The notes under the pieces were generated by a model. It did not search any database. It was not told the DNA's origin and was given only the letters and a program-made list of their open reading frames with translations. A stretch of 64,000 nucleotides of DNA from Hydrurus foetidus (Eukaryota). The position numbers and the translations under genes were made by a program. Numbering within the stretch: the stretch's first letter is position 1; each line of letters begins with the position of its first letter. Positions 13,908 to 27,965 of the stretch are shown piece by piece. The DNA is taken from contig UYFQ01000546.1 in assembly GCA_900617105.1 (NCBI GenBank), positions 1-64,000 on the forward strand. The letters are read 5' to 3'.

Positions 13908-16900
13908 CTATGGTACAATCTGATCCGATCCGAACAGTACTCTTCTCTTCTCCTCTCCTGCCAATTGTCCATTGAAGAGAGATCTATTCATCTCCACAGA
14001 AGCCGTCACAAAGTCAGAGGAGCAGTACACCGGCCCTGCCCTCCCTGCACACATCAAAGGCACTCCGGATACGTCCCTGTACTCCCGATAGGCGACATCG
14101 AAATCCTCTAATAACTCCCTTTCTCGAAGAGGCTGATCTTGAGCGGAGCCTTGGGAAGATTGTAGAATCAATAGGTCTCGGTCCCCTACTGCTTGGCCAC
14201 TGTTATTGTCATGGTCATTGTCACTGAGTGATCTAGACATTGAGGCAGATATAGAGGGAGAAATGGAGATACAAGAAGATACAGATGTTTCTACTGCCGA
14301 TAGGGAGAGGGAGAGGGAAGGAGCTGTAAGTACAAGTGTACTTGTAGGTGTAGCTACAGGTGCAGCTGTGGGTGCAATAGAACGTTCCTCAGAAGCTGCT
14401 CCAGACACTGGCACCACACAAGCCTCAGCGCTATCCTCAACTGCTGCATCACCAATATTTGATGTACATAATTTATCACCCATCCCATACACTCCTCCAC
14501 CCACTTCCACACCGGCGACTTTCTCTTCGTCATGTCCTTTACAAGTACCCCCCTTCCTAACATCAACTTTAATATCAATCCCTTTGGGCACTTTTCCTTT
14601 CAGAACACTTTTCTGCAGACATCTCTGTACATACTTACTCACAGCGCGTACGTACAAAGGCTGACTAGATGCCATTTCAAACACCATCAATCGCAGCGCT
14701 GTTTTCAGAACCGTGTTGGGAGTGTCGTAAGGTTTGCTGCGGTAGTGAAACCAAGTAGTTCCGTAATTTGGGTCTGAGTTCGTACACCTGCAAGTGCGTA
14801 CGTGCAATATCATATTTAGTTGGAGTGGAGTGTTTGGGATGGAATAGATGATAGTGATATGCAATCCATGCTGCATTACAGTTCACTGGATTTGAGTGCA
14901 TGGCTGCATCGATGAATGCAAAAGATCACAGATTACAATAAGGGAAGTTAAAAAATCAATTCACGCTATGTACTTCATCCTCACTTCACCTCATATCAGA
15001 CAGGGAAACACAATTTAACATCAAATAGACTCATGCATGCATGTATGATGAGGTACAAACCTTCTGGACAGATTTTTAATGAGCACACTCTTGTACGCAT
15101 CCACGCATCTCCCAAAGTCAAGATCCATTGTGTCTAAATCAGAAATAACTCTCCGTCTTCTCTCTCTTTCTTCAACACTTCCAGGTGTCCCCATGACACA
15201 CGTATGCGTGACGTCATCGGGGACACACACAGATTGTAGCCACCCATAGTCGTTGAGCACACACACACAGTCCGCGTCCACATCATGCGCCAAAAAGCGT
15301 CTAAAGAAGGACACAATTGAAACTCCCAACACGTTTAATACCCTAGGTAGTATGACCTGTAGTATCATTTCCAGCCTGAGCAATTCCATGAAAGTGTCTC
15401 CATACTGTGGAGTAAACTGCACTGCAAAAGATAGAAACTTCTGTGCACTTGACAAATCGAATGATGCGATATGCAAGGGGTTCATATGACATCTTGCACC
15501 TTCACACCACACCTCTCCACTTTTAGGCACCTCCTGGATAGCCCGTAATAGTACGGCTAATTTAGACGGGATGGGATAGGCTGCGTCATCATCAGATGCA
15601 TACTCTTGCTCCTCATGATCTCTCTCATCCGTCCCCACTTTCTTTCCGCTGTTAGGATTATCGAATGTGCTTCCATGACTGTCTTCACCACCAGTCTTAC
15701 TGCCCTCGAATTTGCCGCTCAAACTCGGAGTGTCAACTGCATCACTGGTAACACCAAGACACTCGCTCTCATGTACCCTCTCCACTGCACTTCTGTTCAC
15801 CTCCTTTTCCCTTTCCTTTCCCCTTTTCTTGTCGCTATTCCCAGTTCTCTCACTGTCCTTCATCCTCACTCTATTCCTCTTCGCCACCGGCATCAAACCC
15901 TCTAGCCTGTGGCATATTAGCACCAATATGGCCCATAATCGGCCAGTGCCTGCATGCAACACAAGCGCCTCATCAGCCAGTCTAACAGCTGCCCTGTAAT
16001 TCCCTGCCCGTGACTCCAACAAAACACTCTCAAGAAAGACCTTCCACTCCCCTCTAACTTCAACACGTGCACGTGCAAGAATCCTTCTGGAAGCCCCCAC
16101 ATTATTCGCAAATTCCTCCACTCGGGAACACTCCAAGAAAACATGAGATCTAGATTTCGCTGGGACTGTTTTAAAAGCTCTGCAGAGAAGGCTTCTAGCT
16201 GTCGCTAGAGAGCCTGCAGACAGCTCTAGTCTGGCTCCTGCCAGCCACACCTTCCACTGAAGATTGGCAGGGCAGGCCAGAAGACTTTTTACAAGTGACG
16301 CACGTGCATTGCCCAGTAGACTGTTTCTTGCAGCAGGTAGGCCTTTGACATTGGAGCATTTAAAGGAGAGGTTGTACATCCCCTGTGCTGCACAGTCGGC
16401 AGCTCTCTCTTCCGCCTAGTAACGTACAGACGGATCGGAGGGATGGACAGATAGTGACATGTAAGAAAGGGATGAATGGGAGCCTCACAAATTTGTGCTG
16501 AAGCGATGAGTCGCAGTGATAGCAGAAGCTTGCAGTGCAACACGTACTGAATGACACTACGTGGTGTGATGAGGAGGTGTGTAGTATGATGTGATGTGGT
16601 GTGGTGTTCTGCAGAACGATATAATTTGGTGCTATGCTGTTTAGTATGTTGGTGTCATGTCTATCCATACATCAAACACACCACACCGCATCATTCTCAT
16701 CTCCACACTGACCTGAGCCTTTTCGAAGTGGACCTTCCACACCAGTTCCCTGCTGATGCACCTTACAGCTAATCCTGCTTCCCCCCTAGTGCGTATGAGC
16801 AGTGGAGGAACGCCCACAAGCCACTGCAAGCCTTCGGATTTACTGTGGGGTGAGAAGGAGAGAAAGGGGATATGATGTTAGGTGATGTGATGTGAGGTGA

Positions 16901-19900
16901 GAGGGAAAATAGGTGATGTGAAGTGAGATGATGTGATACAGAGGAGTGAAGTGGTCAGTGGAGTTAGGATAAAGAAGAAAATAAGAATACGTTATTACAG
17001 TAGTTCTGAGGGTGAAAAAGAAGAAAGAATTAGGAATCAATTATTGCGCTTTCTGACGAGAGTATATCGCTCAAGTGGCAGTGAGTTGCGCGAAATGGAT
17101 TGAAGGGAATTTATGGGGCATGCAGAAGAATAAGAAAAGACGGGTAGAGATTTGTAATGGACATTGAAAGTGCAGAGTGATGCCATGCCGCACACACACA
17201 TGCATTGATAGTGCGTGGAGAAGATTAATGCACATGACACTCCCCCATCTTTGCTCCTCTCTCCTTCTCTTCATTCTTCTTCTCTCCTTTCTTCTTTTCT
17301 CTTTTCTCCTCTTCTCTTCTCTCCTCTTCTCTCCTCAACCCTTCCTGTAACATTACTTAAACTAAACTCAACTCACCAGTCTCTCCTCTCAATAATGCGC
17401 AGCAATCCAAACCACAAGGGACCATATCTGGGCAGCTCCTTCAGTCCTTTCTTCACGACTGACATCGCCGCTGCGTCCCTATCGTCCCTGTCTTCAAGCT
17501 TGAAGGCTTCTAGGTAAATGGGGCCGTACCTGAGGAGAGGATGAGGAGGTGTAAAGGAGGGGTGATCAGGAGATGAAGGAGGAGGAAGATGAAGAAGAGG
17601 GACGTGTTGGTAGATGGAATGGGGGAAAGAGAAGGAAGAGATGCAGTAGAAAGAGTAGAGAAGAGAAGAGAGCAAATGAGGAATAGGGCAAAGAGATGAA
17701 GGAGATGGAGGAGGATGAAGAGGTGAGTACGGGGAATAGGGATAGGGTAAAGAAAGGGAGGTGGTGAGAGGGGAAGAAGGCAGGAGACGAAGGCAGAAAA
17801 AGGGAGACTAGAGAAGAGCAATCTGGTAATAAATATTAGGGCTTCCTGACGACACAATTCAATAAATAGAATATAAAAGTGGTGGTTAAAAAAGTGAACA
17901 GGTGCAAGTACTTACCATGGTACGTGCTGTATCAAATACTGCAGGAACTTCCTCGCAACTGATATCCTGCCAGCTCTAGCCTCTAGCAGTGCTCCCTCGA
18001 GAACAGCCTGTGTGGGGGATTACATACAGATTCAGAAATATTGATGGCTGAATTTTGATGGCTGGATAAGATAAGTGGGATGTTAGGAGAGTCTGATTAG
18101 TTAATTGAAGTTACTGCATAGAGTGAGGAGACATGTGTTACTTACTAGTCAATGGGAATGTATGAGTAGGTGCAGCAAAACTAAGATTCATGGGTGCACT
18201 TGCGAACTTAATAATTTGTTGTAGAAGGGGCTATTAAATTCAATTGACAACTAGATACATCGAATATCATCTCACAAATCCCCTACACACATTCAATTCA
18301 ATTCACTACAATGCAATTCCATACAATCCGTCTAATACGCTTCCTCACCTTCCACACCCTTTCTATTGATTCGTGTCTCAGCGCACTCAGCATTCCTCTC
18401 GCTGCATCCACATCGTGCAGCTTCTCTTGCTGCTTGATAGCTTTCGTTAGCAGCCCTTCGTTCAGCTTACATTGCGACAGTCCTACAGATATCGTAGTTA
18501 TGATTGATTAGTTGAAATATTTGGGGATAGAAGAGAATAAGGCGGGATTAAAAGTGAAGAGGAGGAAGGACTTGAATAAAAGCGGAGGACCATTCATCAC
18601 AAGGAATGGTTTGGACTTCTTAGATGCAATCATCATTTGACGCCATGTCCAAGAATAAACACCAAAACTAAAGGCATCTGTTGCGCAACACAACCAGGAG
18701 ATAATACTGACTGACAATACATCGCATCCCGTCTATCACCTTCTCTCAAGATTTTCAATGAGAACTTTATCTGCCCGCACTCCTCTTCCATCTTCGCCCA
18801 TTCGAGCCAACCCTGACTAGCAAGTGGCTGTAACACACACACAGAACTGTACAACTCTCGGGCCTGTAGGAGACAATTTATTAGAATATACATTAAGAAT
18901 GTTGATATGAAAAAGGAGAGAAGGTAGAGCATTTGTAGGGAAGGTTTGAAAAGGGAGGAGAAACAAAGAGTTCAGAAAGTATGTGTGACAAAATACAAGA
19001 GTGACGAGCAGTGATTAAAATGGGTATTGTACAGTACACTACACAACATCCTGTACGAGCAAGACAGGACGAACGAATTGCATATCAAGGTAGAAATCAT
19101 AAGGAATACTGAATAAATTGAAATAAAACGAAACATAAAAATCGACAGTCAGAGAAGAAATAATAACACACACACAATAATTCGCACCTTATCAAAATCG
19201 TTGCTTCTCTTCGCTAAGTCAGCTAATTCAAGAAGAACTCTCCATCTAGCGGACAGCGGCATGCCTTGTAAACTATCCTGAGCGTATTTCGTAGCAGCCT
19301 CAACGGACTCCCTCTCCATGCCTCTAAAATGACGATAGAAATCTTTGTATGCTAGTTTGCTCAGGGGAGATTCGACTAGTTCTAGTCGGTCCTTAGGGGG
19401 TTGGGAAGGGACAGTTACAGGGGCAGTGTGTGGGGTGATTTGTGACGTCTTGATAGTGTTGATGCCAGTGTTCGTACTACTGCTGATAGCTGTCAGTGCG
19501 TTCCCACTATCACTGCGATGCACCCCACTCCCCATCCCTATTCCCGTCCCTGAACCCGTCCCACCCCCTGATGCTGTTCCTCCTTTGACTGGATGGGTGG
19601 CATACCCATGAGCGCCCCGTGCTCTATCTGAGCTAGAGTGAGGGTTTTTACTCTCTACTAGTGAATACCGCAATGACTCATCGGCTAACCCCTGTCCCTG
19701 TGCTTGTCCTGACCCTGTTCCTATTCCCTGTCCCTGTACGGTCCCTTGTGTGTGTCCTTGTCCTTGTGCTTGTGGCTTATCAAATGACTGAGATTGTCTA
19801 GCACTGCTGGATGCTGGTTTCAACTCATCTCTGATGCGTGGGATACCACTAACACTAGCACCTAAATCACCACCTCCACTTCCTAACCCTTGTGCCGGGC

Positions 19901-22063
19901 GATGCAGATCGTACAGACTACTACCCTGTGTGTCACGGCTGTCCCACTGCTTTGCCTCAGCGAATGCCTTGTCATCATACTCTGTGCTGCTGCCTAAATG
20001 CCCTCTGGAATCTGATCCACGGTCCCTGCTCGTTCTCGCATCCCTGTCTATTTTATCCCGGTCCAATCTATCTCTGCTGTCACGATTATGTGTCTGAATA
20101 ATTTGATTGTATTGCCTCGACGGATTTTGATTCAAATTTTGGTTCAAATTTTGACCTTGATTTTGATTGATATTTTGATTTATATTTGCATTTTGATTCA
20201 AATTTTGACTCTGATTTATGTTGACGTTTTGATGGGATTGCGGATATGTTTCGTGTCCAATACTCATTCCCTGTCCCATTTGTCTCGCAGAATATCCATC
20301 ACTGGTATACGGCAAAGATCCAGGACCTGAGAATTCGGAATGTAGAGGGGTCTTACCCTGGGGTAAAAACGGAGCAGCAGTTGCAGATACTGTGAGAACG
20401 TTCTGCGTTATTAAGAGCTTGGAGGAATCGGGTGCAGGATAGGAATGCCTGAGAGGAATGGGAGATACCCCAGGGACAATATTGCTTGGGCCCTGTCCTG
20501 ACATTCTAATACGTGGATTCTCTCTGTAATTTGGTCTAGTATCGTCTGATAAGTGTGTTTTGTTGATGAGTACATTCAAGTCTTCAACCCGCTGTGCGCT
20601 GTCGTCATTATCTCCATGATATTGATTTAGATCATTGGTGATATGTGCGTGCTGCGAGTGGGGATATAACAGATTATACCCTTGTTGTGTGAGTTGTGAG
20701 ACTTGTTGTATAGGCTGTTGAGGAGCGTACAGTCCGTACTGTGACAGACCAGGTGCGATCCCTAGAGGTACACTACCTTGTCCCTGTCCCTGTCCCTGTC
20801 CTGACTGCTGTTGTTGTTGTTGCTGTTGTTGTTGCTGCTGTTGTTGTAATGTGTGGTACTGAGATTGAGGAGGGGGGACAGGAGGGTGATACTGCCCTGC
20901 ATTGGAAGGCTGGGATGGAGGGAGATATACGAAGGGTGCGAACATGCTCCGCTGCAACTTGAGCGTCGACACCTCATTTCCATTATTCTCACTTTGTATA
21001 TTTGATGTGTAGAGGTCTTGCGATCTCGAAGTCGATTCAGAAAGCTGAGGCATGTTTGAATTTATTGAATTTATAGTTGTTTGATACTGGGAGTGAGATT
21101 GATTGGTGCAAATCCCTGATAAGCCCCATCCTGATGTGGTTCCTGCTTGTTGTTGTTGTTGCTGCTGCTGCTGCTGCTGCTGTTGTTGTTGTTGTTGTTG
21201 TTGTTGTTGGTGGTGGCGGTGGTGATGCTGTTGAATTGTTTGCTGCCAGTGATTTTGCTGAGCGCTTTGAGGCCCTATCTGATAATCATATTCATATTCT
21301 GGCAAGTTTAATATCCCTGCAGTACAACTTCCGGAAGTAGACATCGACCCCGGCCCGGACCCTGGACCAGATCTTAAACCAGAACCCGGAATGGACCCCA
21401 AACCGGGCCCTGGCCCGGAACTGGAACCGGACCTTGGACCGGATCTCGGAATATTCAAAATGTTGCTTGTCGATAGAGTGTTCTTGCTATTTTGTTGTAC
21501 GCCATTCAAAGAAGTATGCATCATTTGTGACTGCTGATACGTCTCTTCTTGTTGATATTTCTGTTGATATTGAGGAAGGTGCAGGGGTGGCTGCTGTATG
21601 CTAGGCTCTCCGGAGTACTTAGGAAGCATTAATGTCTCTTTCTCTCCGTCCCTAAGCTGAAAAGTTGACATTGCTGAGACGTTTTGCGTGGGGTGCTTGA
21701 TAGACTGTTGCTCGGCAAACATCGGCCCATTGTTCAGCCCTCTAGATGTCTGATTTGAAAACTGATTGTAAGAATTGTTCTGTGGATATGTGTGACTTAG
21801 TTGTGATCTTTCTATTCTGTGTGAGTCATTTAGAGGGTGTTGGTGTGCTGTGTGCCCTTGCATTGCATCAATTTGACCGCTTATTGAGGTGTTCTGAGAT
21901 ATCTGTCGTTGCTGCTGTTGTTGTAATAAGTGCTGTAGTAAATGTTGGTGGCTGGCTTGTTGCTGTGAGTTATGCTGATACGACTGTTGTTGTTGTTGTT
22001 GTTGTTGCTGCTGCAATTGTTGTTGTTGTTGTTGTTGTTGCTGCAACTGTTGTTGTTGCTGCA

Positions 22064-22099
<36 letters not shown>

Positions 22100-22105
22100 G
22101 CTGCA

Positions 22106-22144
<39 letters not shown>

Positions 22145-23558
22145 GCATTCTACCCGAATGCTGAGAACGGACAGGCTGCATGTCGATTCGCTGCTCACAA
22201 TTTTGATCATAGGAGAAAGTGTTGCTCTGATGGGAATATTGAGGAACATTCTGAGAGACGATCTGAGGAACATTCTGCTGACCGTTCTGCGAACTCCTAA
22301 GGGATCCGGACATTCCATAACTACTCCCGTCCCCTAGTCCCCCAATGCCACCTAGCAAGCCGCTATTGAAGTCACCTGATGCACGCTGACTTGGATTTTG
22401 ATCGCATATTTTTTCTCTAAATTCAATTCCTAGCACTGATCCGGTCCCACCAATGTAACTTGTACGGTCATCTGTTCTTCCGCTGCATGAGCTGTCATCG
22501 CTGTATAAAGACTCGCAGCTCTTTGCATCCCTTGGATCATGATCGAATTTCAATGATTTTGCGACTGAAGATCCTATTTCTTCCCTCTCCCTTCCACTGT
22601 GATATGTCGCGGTATCATCCACGCAACCAGAGGGGAAATAAGATTTGATGAAATTGTCTGGAGCCATCTGACTATTCACAAGCTGACTCACAATTCCAAT
22701 AATATCAGAATTTGAAGTATAGGGCGCAGTCGGAGAAAAATCATTTTCCAGAGTTCCTAAGAAACTCTTCGATTTCGCTCCAAAAAACACATCGGAAGAG
22801 GGAGACTCAGTCAAATTCTTGTAGTTGTAATTCGATCCAGAATTGAGACTAAAATCTAGTCCAGATGCAGGATTCTGTCCCAGCAAATCGTCCTCATCAC
22901 TTCCCTCTTCCTTCACCCATCCAATATTTTCACGGCCTTGAATTTCGTTCTCATAACGGTGGATTTTGTTCAGCGGAGTAGGAAACCGCACATGATGTTC
23001 AAAGGCTCCGGAATACCCATAAGCATCGCGAGCATAAGTATCGCTTGCATAGCCTACACTGGCGCTTGGACGATCCGTGTTATTCCTCTCAACTACAGAA
23101 GATCCGTTATATTTACCTCCTTCAAAATTTTCTGGCATGAAAATAGCTCCCGGTGTAAGCGATGAAACCTCACGTGCGGCTAATAATTTATTGGAATGTC
23201 TCATGTTGCTGGGAGACTCCACCAGTCGAAATGCAGATCCCTCTGGGTTATGTCTCAAAAGGAATGTTGGTGTTCCGGGACTGTTTCCTGGACTATGCAC
23301 GCCATTCCTCCTCTCTGGAGAATTTGCAAGGGCGCCATCATGCTCGTACTTGTCGTTGCGAGCCAAAGAGAAGTGGTCCGATAGCCCTTCGACAGAGACG
23401 TTCAACGGATTGTCCAATTTCTGTGAGAAACCGTTTTTTGCTAAGATTGATAAGCTCGGCATGACTTTCCTCATGGGAACTACTTTTTTGATAGGAAAAT
23501 TAAAATGATCATCCTCATTACCCATTTCAGCTGAATCCTTTCTATCGTCAACCATCAT
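13908..23558 (-). CDS. Very large protein: ~1400-aa Q/N/G-rich disordered N-terminus followed by HAT/TPR repeats (Prp6-like protist family); first exon 23558-19188, then at least 7 further exons ending at 13908
   Basis: Helical-repeat motifs WRVLLELADLAKR, QGWLEWAKMEEECG, YGPIYLEAFKLE, PRYGPLW, LVWKVHFEKAQ, WKVWLAGARLE, KSGEVWCEGAR, FTPQYGDTF and CTNSDPNYGTTWF lie in order on the minus strand between GT-AG introns. Confidence 0.8.
21984..22146 (-). repeat. Coding (CAA/CAG)n polyglutamine tract; further tracts at ~21146-21208 and ~20805-20846
   Basis: (TTG)n on the plus strand, in frame as polyQ in the 1469-aa ORF. Confidence 0.95.
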
Positions 23559-24484
23559 TTGCGAACGCTACTCGAAAAATATGCCGAAAGCTCAAAATGA
23601 AAATGATCTTAGCTGTCGCGAGAAATCTGGGAAGAATCTCTTTTAGGAATTTCCAAAAGCTTTTGTATCTGCCGTTCGAAGATGGAAGTTGCCGTGCAGC
23701 ATTCACATCTCGAACGATGGTAAGAAAGTAACTACTTCGCCCCGCTAATTCGTGATGACTTCAATTGACAAAAGCATAGAGAAGCAATTGAATTTCGAAT
23801 TCAATCGGAAAAAATAAAATGCCACAACGCCCATTAATTGAGGTAAATACCAAATAGAGATGAGAAGTACTGAATAAGTATGATTAACTTGTACCGCGTA
23901 CGAAGTACGATTTTTTTCTTTTTTCACACCCGTTTGCAAGTTCAGCCGCCTCCCCACCTGAACCTTTCCCAGATTCGAAAAAGTTTCGGTACATTTATCT
24001 CCGTCAATTTTATTCCGTTTGCTGTGAAAAGTACCGATTCTTGCTCGTGAAAAGTACCGATTCTTGTGAAAAGTACCGATTCTTGCTCGTGAAAAGTACC
24101 GATTCTTGTGAAAAGTACCGATCGGTACTTTTCACAGCAAACGGAATAAAATTGACGGAGATAAATGTACCGAAACTTTTTCGAATCTGGGAAAGGTTCA
24201 GGTGGGGAGGCTGAGGCCACTATTCACGGGAACGATAAATCTTGTACGGTAAAGCGGTTTACCGTTTTTCCCTCCATTTAGGCCATTTCACGGACACGGT
24301 AGAGAGCAAATAACGATAGAAATTTACCGGATCTTGGAAACGCTCCGATAGATGAAGGATTTTATCGGAGGCCGCGTGGCTGCACGATAAAACTTCTGCT
24401 GGCAAGATGAAAATGATTATGACTCACAAATTCAAGGTTTACTTAGTGTTTCAAAGGAGATTTTGAGGCAGTCACATCATTTGA

Positions 24485-26366
24485 GTGCTAGACATGGATA
24501 ACGAAGATGAGGATGATGATTTGGATGTAGAACAACAGGCATCACGCAACAACAGAGGGACAAAAGATGTCACCGAGATCTACTACTTCGTTCTTGCCTT
24601 GTCGTTGAACGAAATAACGACAAATAATGAGTCGTTGTCGACAGAACAGCAGCATGAACTCATCGTCCTTAATTGCGATAGATGGATCGGACTTCTGAAG
24701 TCTGAGTTTGGAGTCATCTACAGGCATCACATGCAGAAAAATGGCATTACAGAGGAACATGTGAGATCGCAAGCGAAACAGGATAATCCAAAAAACATGC
24801 ATAGAAAAGCAAAGGAAGTGGTCAGCTACATCAACAATCAGATGTCACCTTACTGGAAGGAGCCAGAGAAGAGTGCTTCTGGAAAAGGACCCGAAGGTGG
24901 AAGACATTGGAATCTTAACGCTCAATCCACTGCTAAAGGTATTGACACACTGCATTCGCTAATTCCCCTTTTCTTGCAGACAACCTTCGCGCTTGCATTG
25001 TTGGTGCCTGGGATGAAAAAGAACGGAAGCGAGTGGCGAAAAAGAAAAAGGATCACAAGGGAGATCAACCATTTTCAGAGGAGGTCAAAGCTTACGATGG
25101 AAAGTGGAGTCCCTTGCACTTGTTGACTTTCAAATACCTTGGCTTCCCAGCTGGGCGTGCGCACTGTCTACAAATTTTGAAGCTTGTACCAGGCAGTGGT
25201 CCTGTTAAGAAAAGAGGTAGTTCATCAAATACTTCAGCCATTACAAAGCGTTCAACTCATCACGTTCCATCTTACCTAAAGGATTCGAGGATGTGAACAG
25301 CGAGGCTGTACAAGACAGAATACTGCAGTCTGCTGGGAGAGCTGCAAGGCGAGTCGTACAGCAAAAGATCCATAGCGATTTCACTGTATCGAAACCAGAG
25401 CGTGACAACTCAGCGATTTTCGATGATAATGATAAATATGTTTTGGCGATGGAGAATTTCAACGGGCTCCAGGAGTGGAATGCAAGAGCGGACAGTCTGA
25501 AAGAACTCATCAAACTTTCAGTTGATCTGGAGGATCCGATTGAGATTGTCCAGCAATTGAGGATGGAGTACAGGGAGTACTTAAAGGTACCTTATGTTAA
25601 CGTGAAGTCATTGAAACCAGACAAGGTCGGTTCGACTCCTTTCTCGGCTCCTCCCAAGATTGTGCACAACAAGTCGAATCAGCAAGCAGCAATCTCTGAC
25701 ATTGAGAGTCAGGTATGACAGTAAAGCTTGACCGACACTTTTTCATTTTCATGTTTTCATGTTTTCATGTTTTCATGTTTTTATTAACGGTACTTTGTAC
25801 AGATGAGACCCTCCGGTCCCCTAGAAGAGATACTAATGGAAGACAGCGATGCAATCATGACTTCGGACTTCAATGCGAGTAGAGACGATAGCAGAACCGA
25901 CAGAAACCCACAGGATGATGATCATCATGATAATGGCTACCAAGACTCTTTCAATGACACAGATGATTATTCCAACAAAGATGATGTCAGCTATCAAACT
26001 GACGAAGAGTCTTACAGGCGAGACGAGCCAGATGTTCATGCGGTCGCGTTAAATCCAATTTCGCAAGGTTCAAATGACGGCGTTGCGAGTAGATCTGTCA
26101 GCAATGCAACAGCTTCATCAGTACGCGCTAAAGCTTTCAGCTTTCGAAATGATGATCTAAACTCCATCAACGTTGAGATGAATCAATGCACACAGAACCC
26201 AGACAACTGTCTAACATCTTCACTACGTCCTGTCATTTCAGCTGCATCTAAGCGTCCTCCACGAAAGGGACCATCATCTAAATCAATTCGTAGAGCTGTA
26301 AATGAGACTTCAAAAGAGAAGAACTACAAAGCATCTTGGATACCAAGCAGCGATGAAGATGTTTGA
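24485..26366 (+). CDS. Harbinger accessory ORF (putative DNA-binding, Myb/SANT-like role), spliced and probably decayed
   Basis: Consecutive ORF segments inside the TIRs with plausible introns (~24897-24979 and 25713-25802, GTATGA..TACAG). Position matches the second Harbinger gene, but the Myb domain itself is not clearly recognisable. Confidence 0.55.
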
Positions 26367-26433
26367 TTACATTTAAAAGCATGGTATGAAAAATAAGAAA
26401 TCTTCCTAAGAGTACAATATGTCGTTTCAAATG

Positions 26434-27965
26434 TTATCCATTTGCTTTCTTATAGCATTTCTTCTTAATTTCGGTGAAGCCTCGAGGCCAGTGCACTAAC
26501 CCTTTATCATATGCTTTTTTAAAATGACTAATTAAAATTTTCCTTTTCTGCTCGAAATCAACATCTACTTCCTCATCGACTTTATTGCCTTCGTATTCAA
26601 CTTCGATTGCACTAACATACTGTGCAACTTTATCAAGGATGCGCCTTTCTTGATTGATAATAGATTGATCAGGAGATTCATTCTCATCGTATCCTTCATC
26701 CGAATTACTAGGCTGTGGATTTAAGATATCCCATTCCACATTGTCCTCCCATCTCCTGTCCAGCCCATCAGCTGATAGAATCATGTTGTGTAGAATACAA
26801 CACGTGAAAAACGTAGTGTCCACTTTTTCTTGAGTTTGGAGTAGAATACCTTGCCGCAAGAATCTGAAACGTCCCTTCAATATTCCAAAGCAACATTCTA
26901 CATCTTTTCTGGTGGACTCTACCCACTCCGACCACAGTCTTTCATTTCGAGATGATGTATGCTTCATGGGATTCATCATGCAATTCCACTTGTGATATCC
27001 CCCATCATAGAGATAATAGACTCCTTTCATTCTTGTGAGATGAAAACTTCATACTCGATATCACTGTTCACCTTTCCTGTGTGTACATCAGTAATGTAAG
27101 TATCGACTCTAACGATCGTCTTATCGTTTCGTGTTCCCCAGTTCGACCTTGTCACACCAAGAATTTTCCGATGATGATCTACTGTACAAGAATATGACAG
27201 TGTTGGATATCCCTCTTTGCCTCTGTATAAATTTGTTAGAGATAATGGGCAACGGTCCCACTGCAAATGAACACAATCCGTTCACCCTATACAACCTGGA
27301 AGACCCATTTTTTCGTAGACTCTCATCTTTTTAGTCATATCATCACCAGTTGGCCTCCCAATATAGTCATCGTAGTAGCGAGAGACAAAGTTTGAGCAGA
27401 AAGTAATGAAGTTCAATCGGACCGTTGACTCTCCCATTCCAGTTGCTTCTGCAACATCGTCGCAACACCAGTTTCTACCTAAAATCCGTAGTATTCCAAG
27501 GACTTTTATGGCAATTGGGCAGATTGCCCTACCTGAAATATCGTATTTCTTGTCTGCGTTTTCGCCGAATAACTTGCTTTCAACGCTTTTCTTCACCAAA
27601 TCGCAGAAAACATCCCATGGAACTCGAAATCTTCTGCGAAATAGTTTTCCCTCCCTAGATGTAATTGAAGGGCCACCTTGTATGGCAGATAAGTTGATCA
27701 GTAGTTTCCCCCAGGTTGTTGACCAATAATTGATGCTTCTGTCACGAGGTGTCGACATGGGGCTCCTTTTTCTTCTCGCCTCTGTAACTTTAACTTTTTT
27801 GCATCTTTTTTTAATACTCCACCTCGTCACATGCTGACAGAAAATGAAAAACTTACTGGCAAGCTTTTCTCTCAGTTTCCGAAGCTCATAAATCATGATT
27901 TCAGCGGGATATGAATCCTTATTGCTGCTGATAACGTATCGATAGATAAATTCTAGAGGCTCCAC
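26434..27965 (-). pseudogene. Harbinger (DDE_Tnp_4/plant-transposon-like) transposase with one in-frame stop and one frameshift
   Basis: Motifs FRRRFRVP, LPGCIG*TDCVHLQWDRCP (TGA at 27284-27282 where Ser is expected), GKEGYPTL, NDKTIV, DGGYHKW, RKDVECCFGILKGRF and CCILHNM. Frame changes at ~27030. Confidence 0.9.

Noticed and set aside
24024..24133. CRISPR-like repeat array
   Set aside because: Spacers are 4-8 nt and repeated, the context is eukaryotic, and there are no cas genes.
23942..24220. Duplicated small ORFs (23942-24220 and 28089-28331)
   Set aside because: By-products of the palindromic non-coding element.
27282..27284. In-frame TGA in the transposase as a sign of stop-codon reassignment or selenocysteine
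   Set aside because: TGA terminates host genes here (AP2A, CLEC16A, TPR-CS). The position expects Ser (TCA>TGA), and the gene also has a frameshift.
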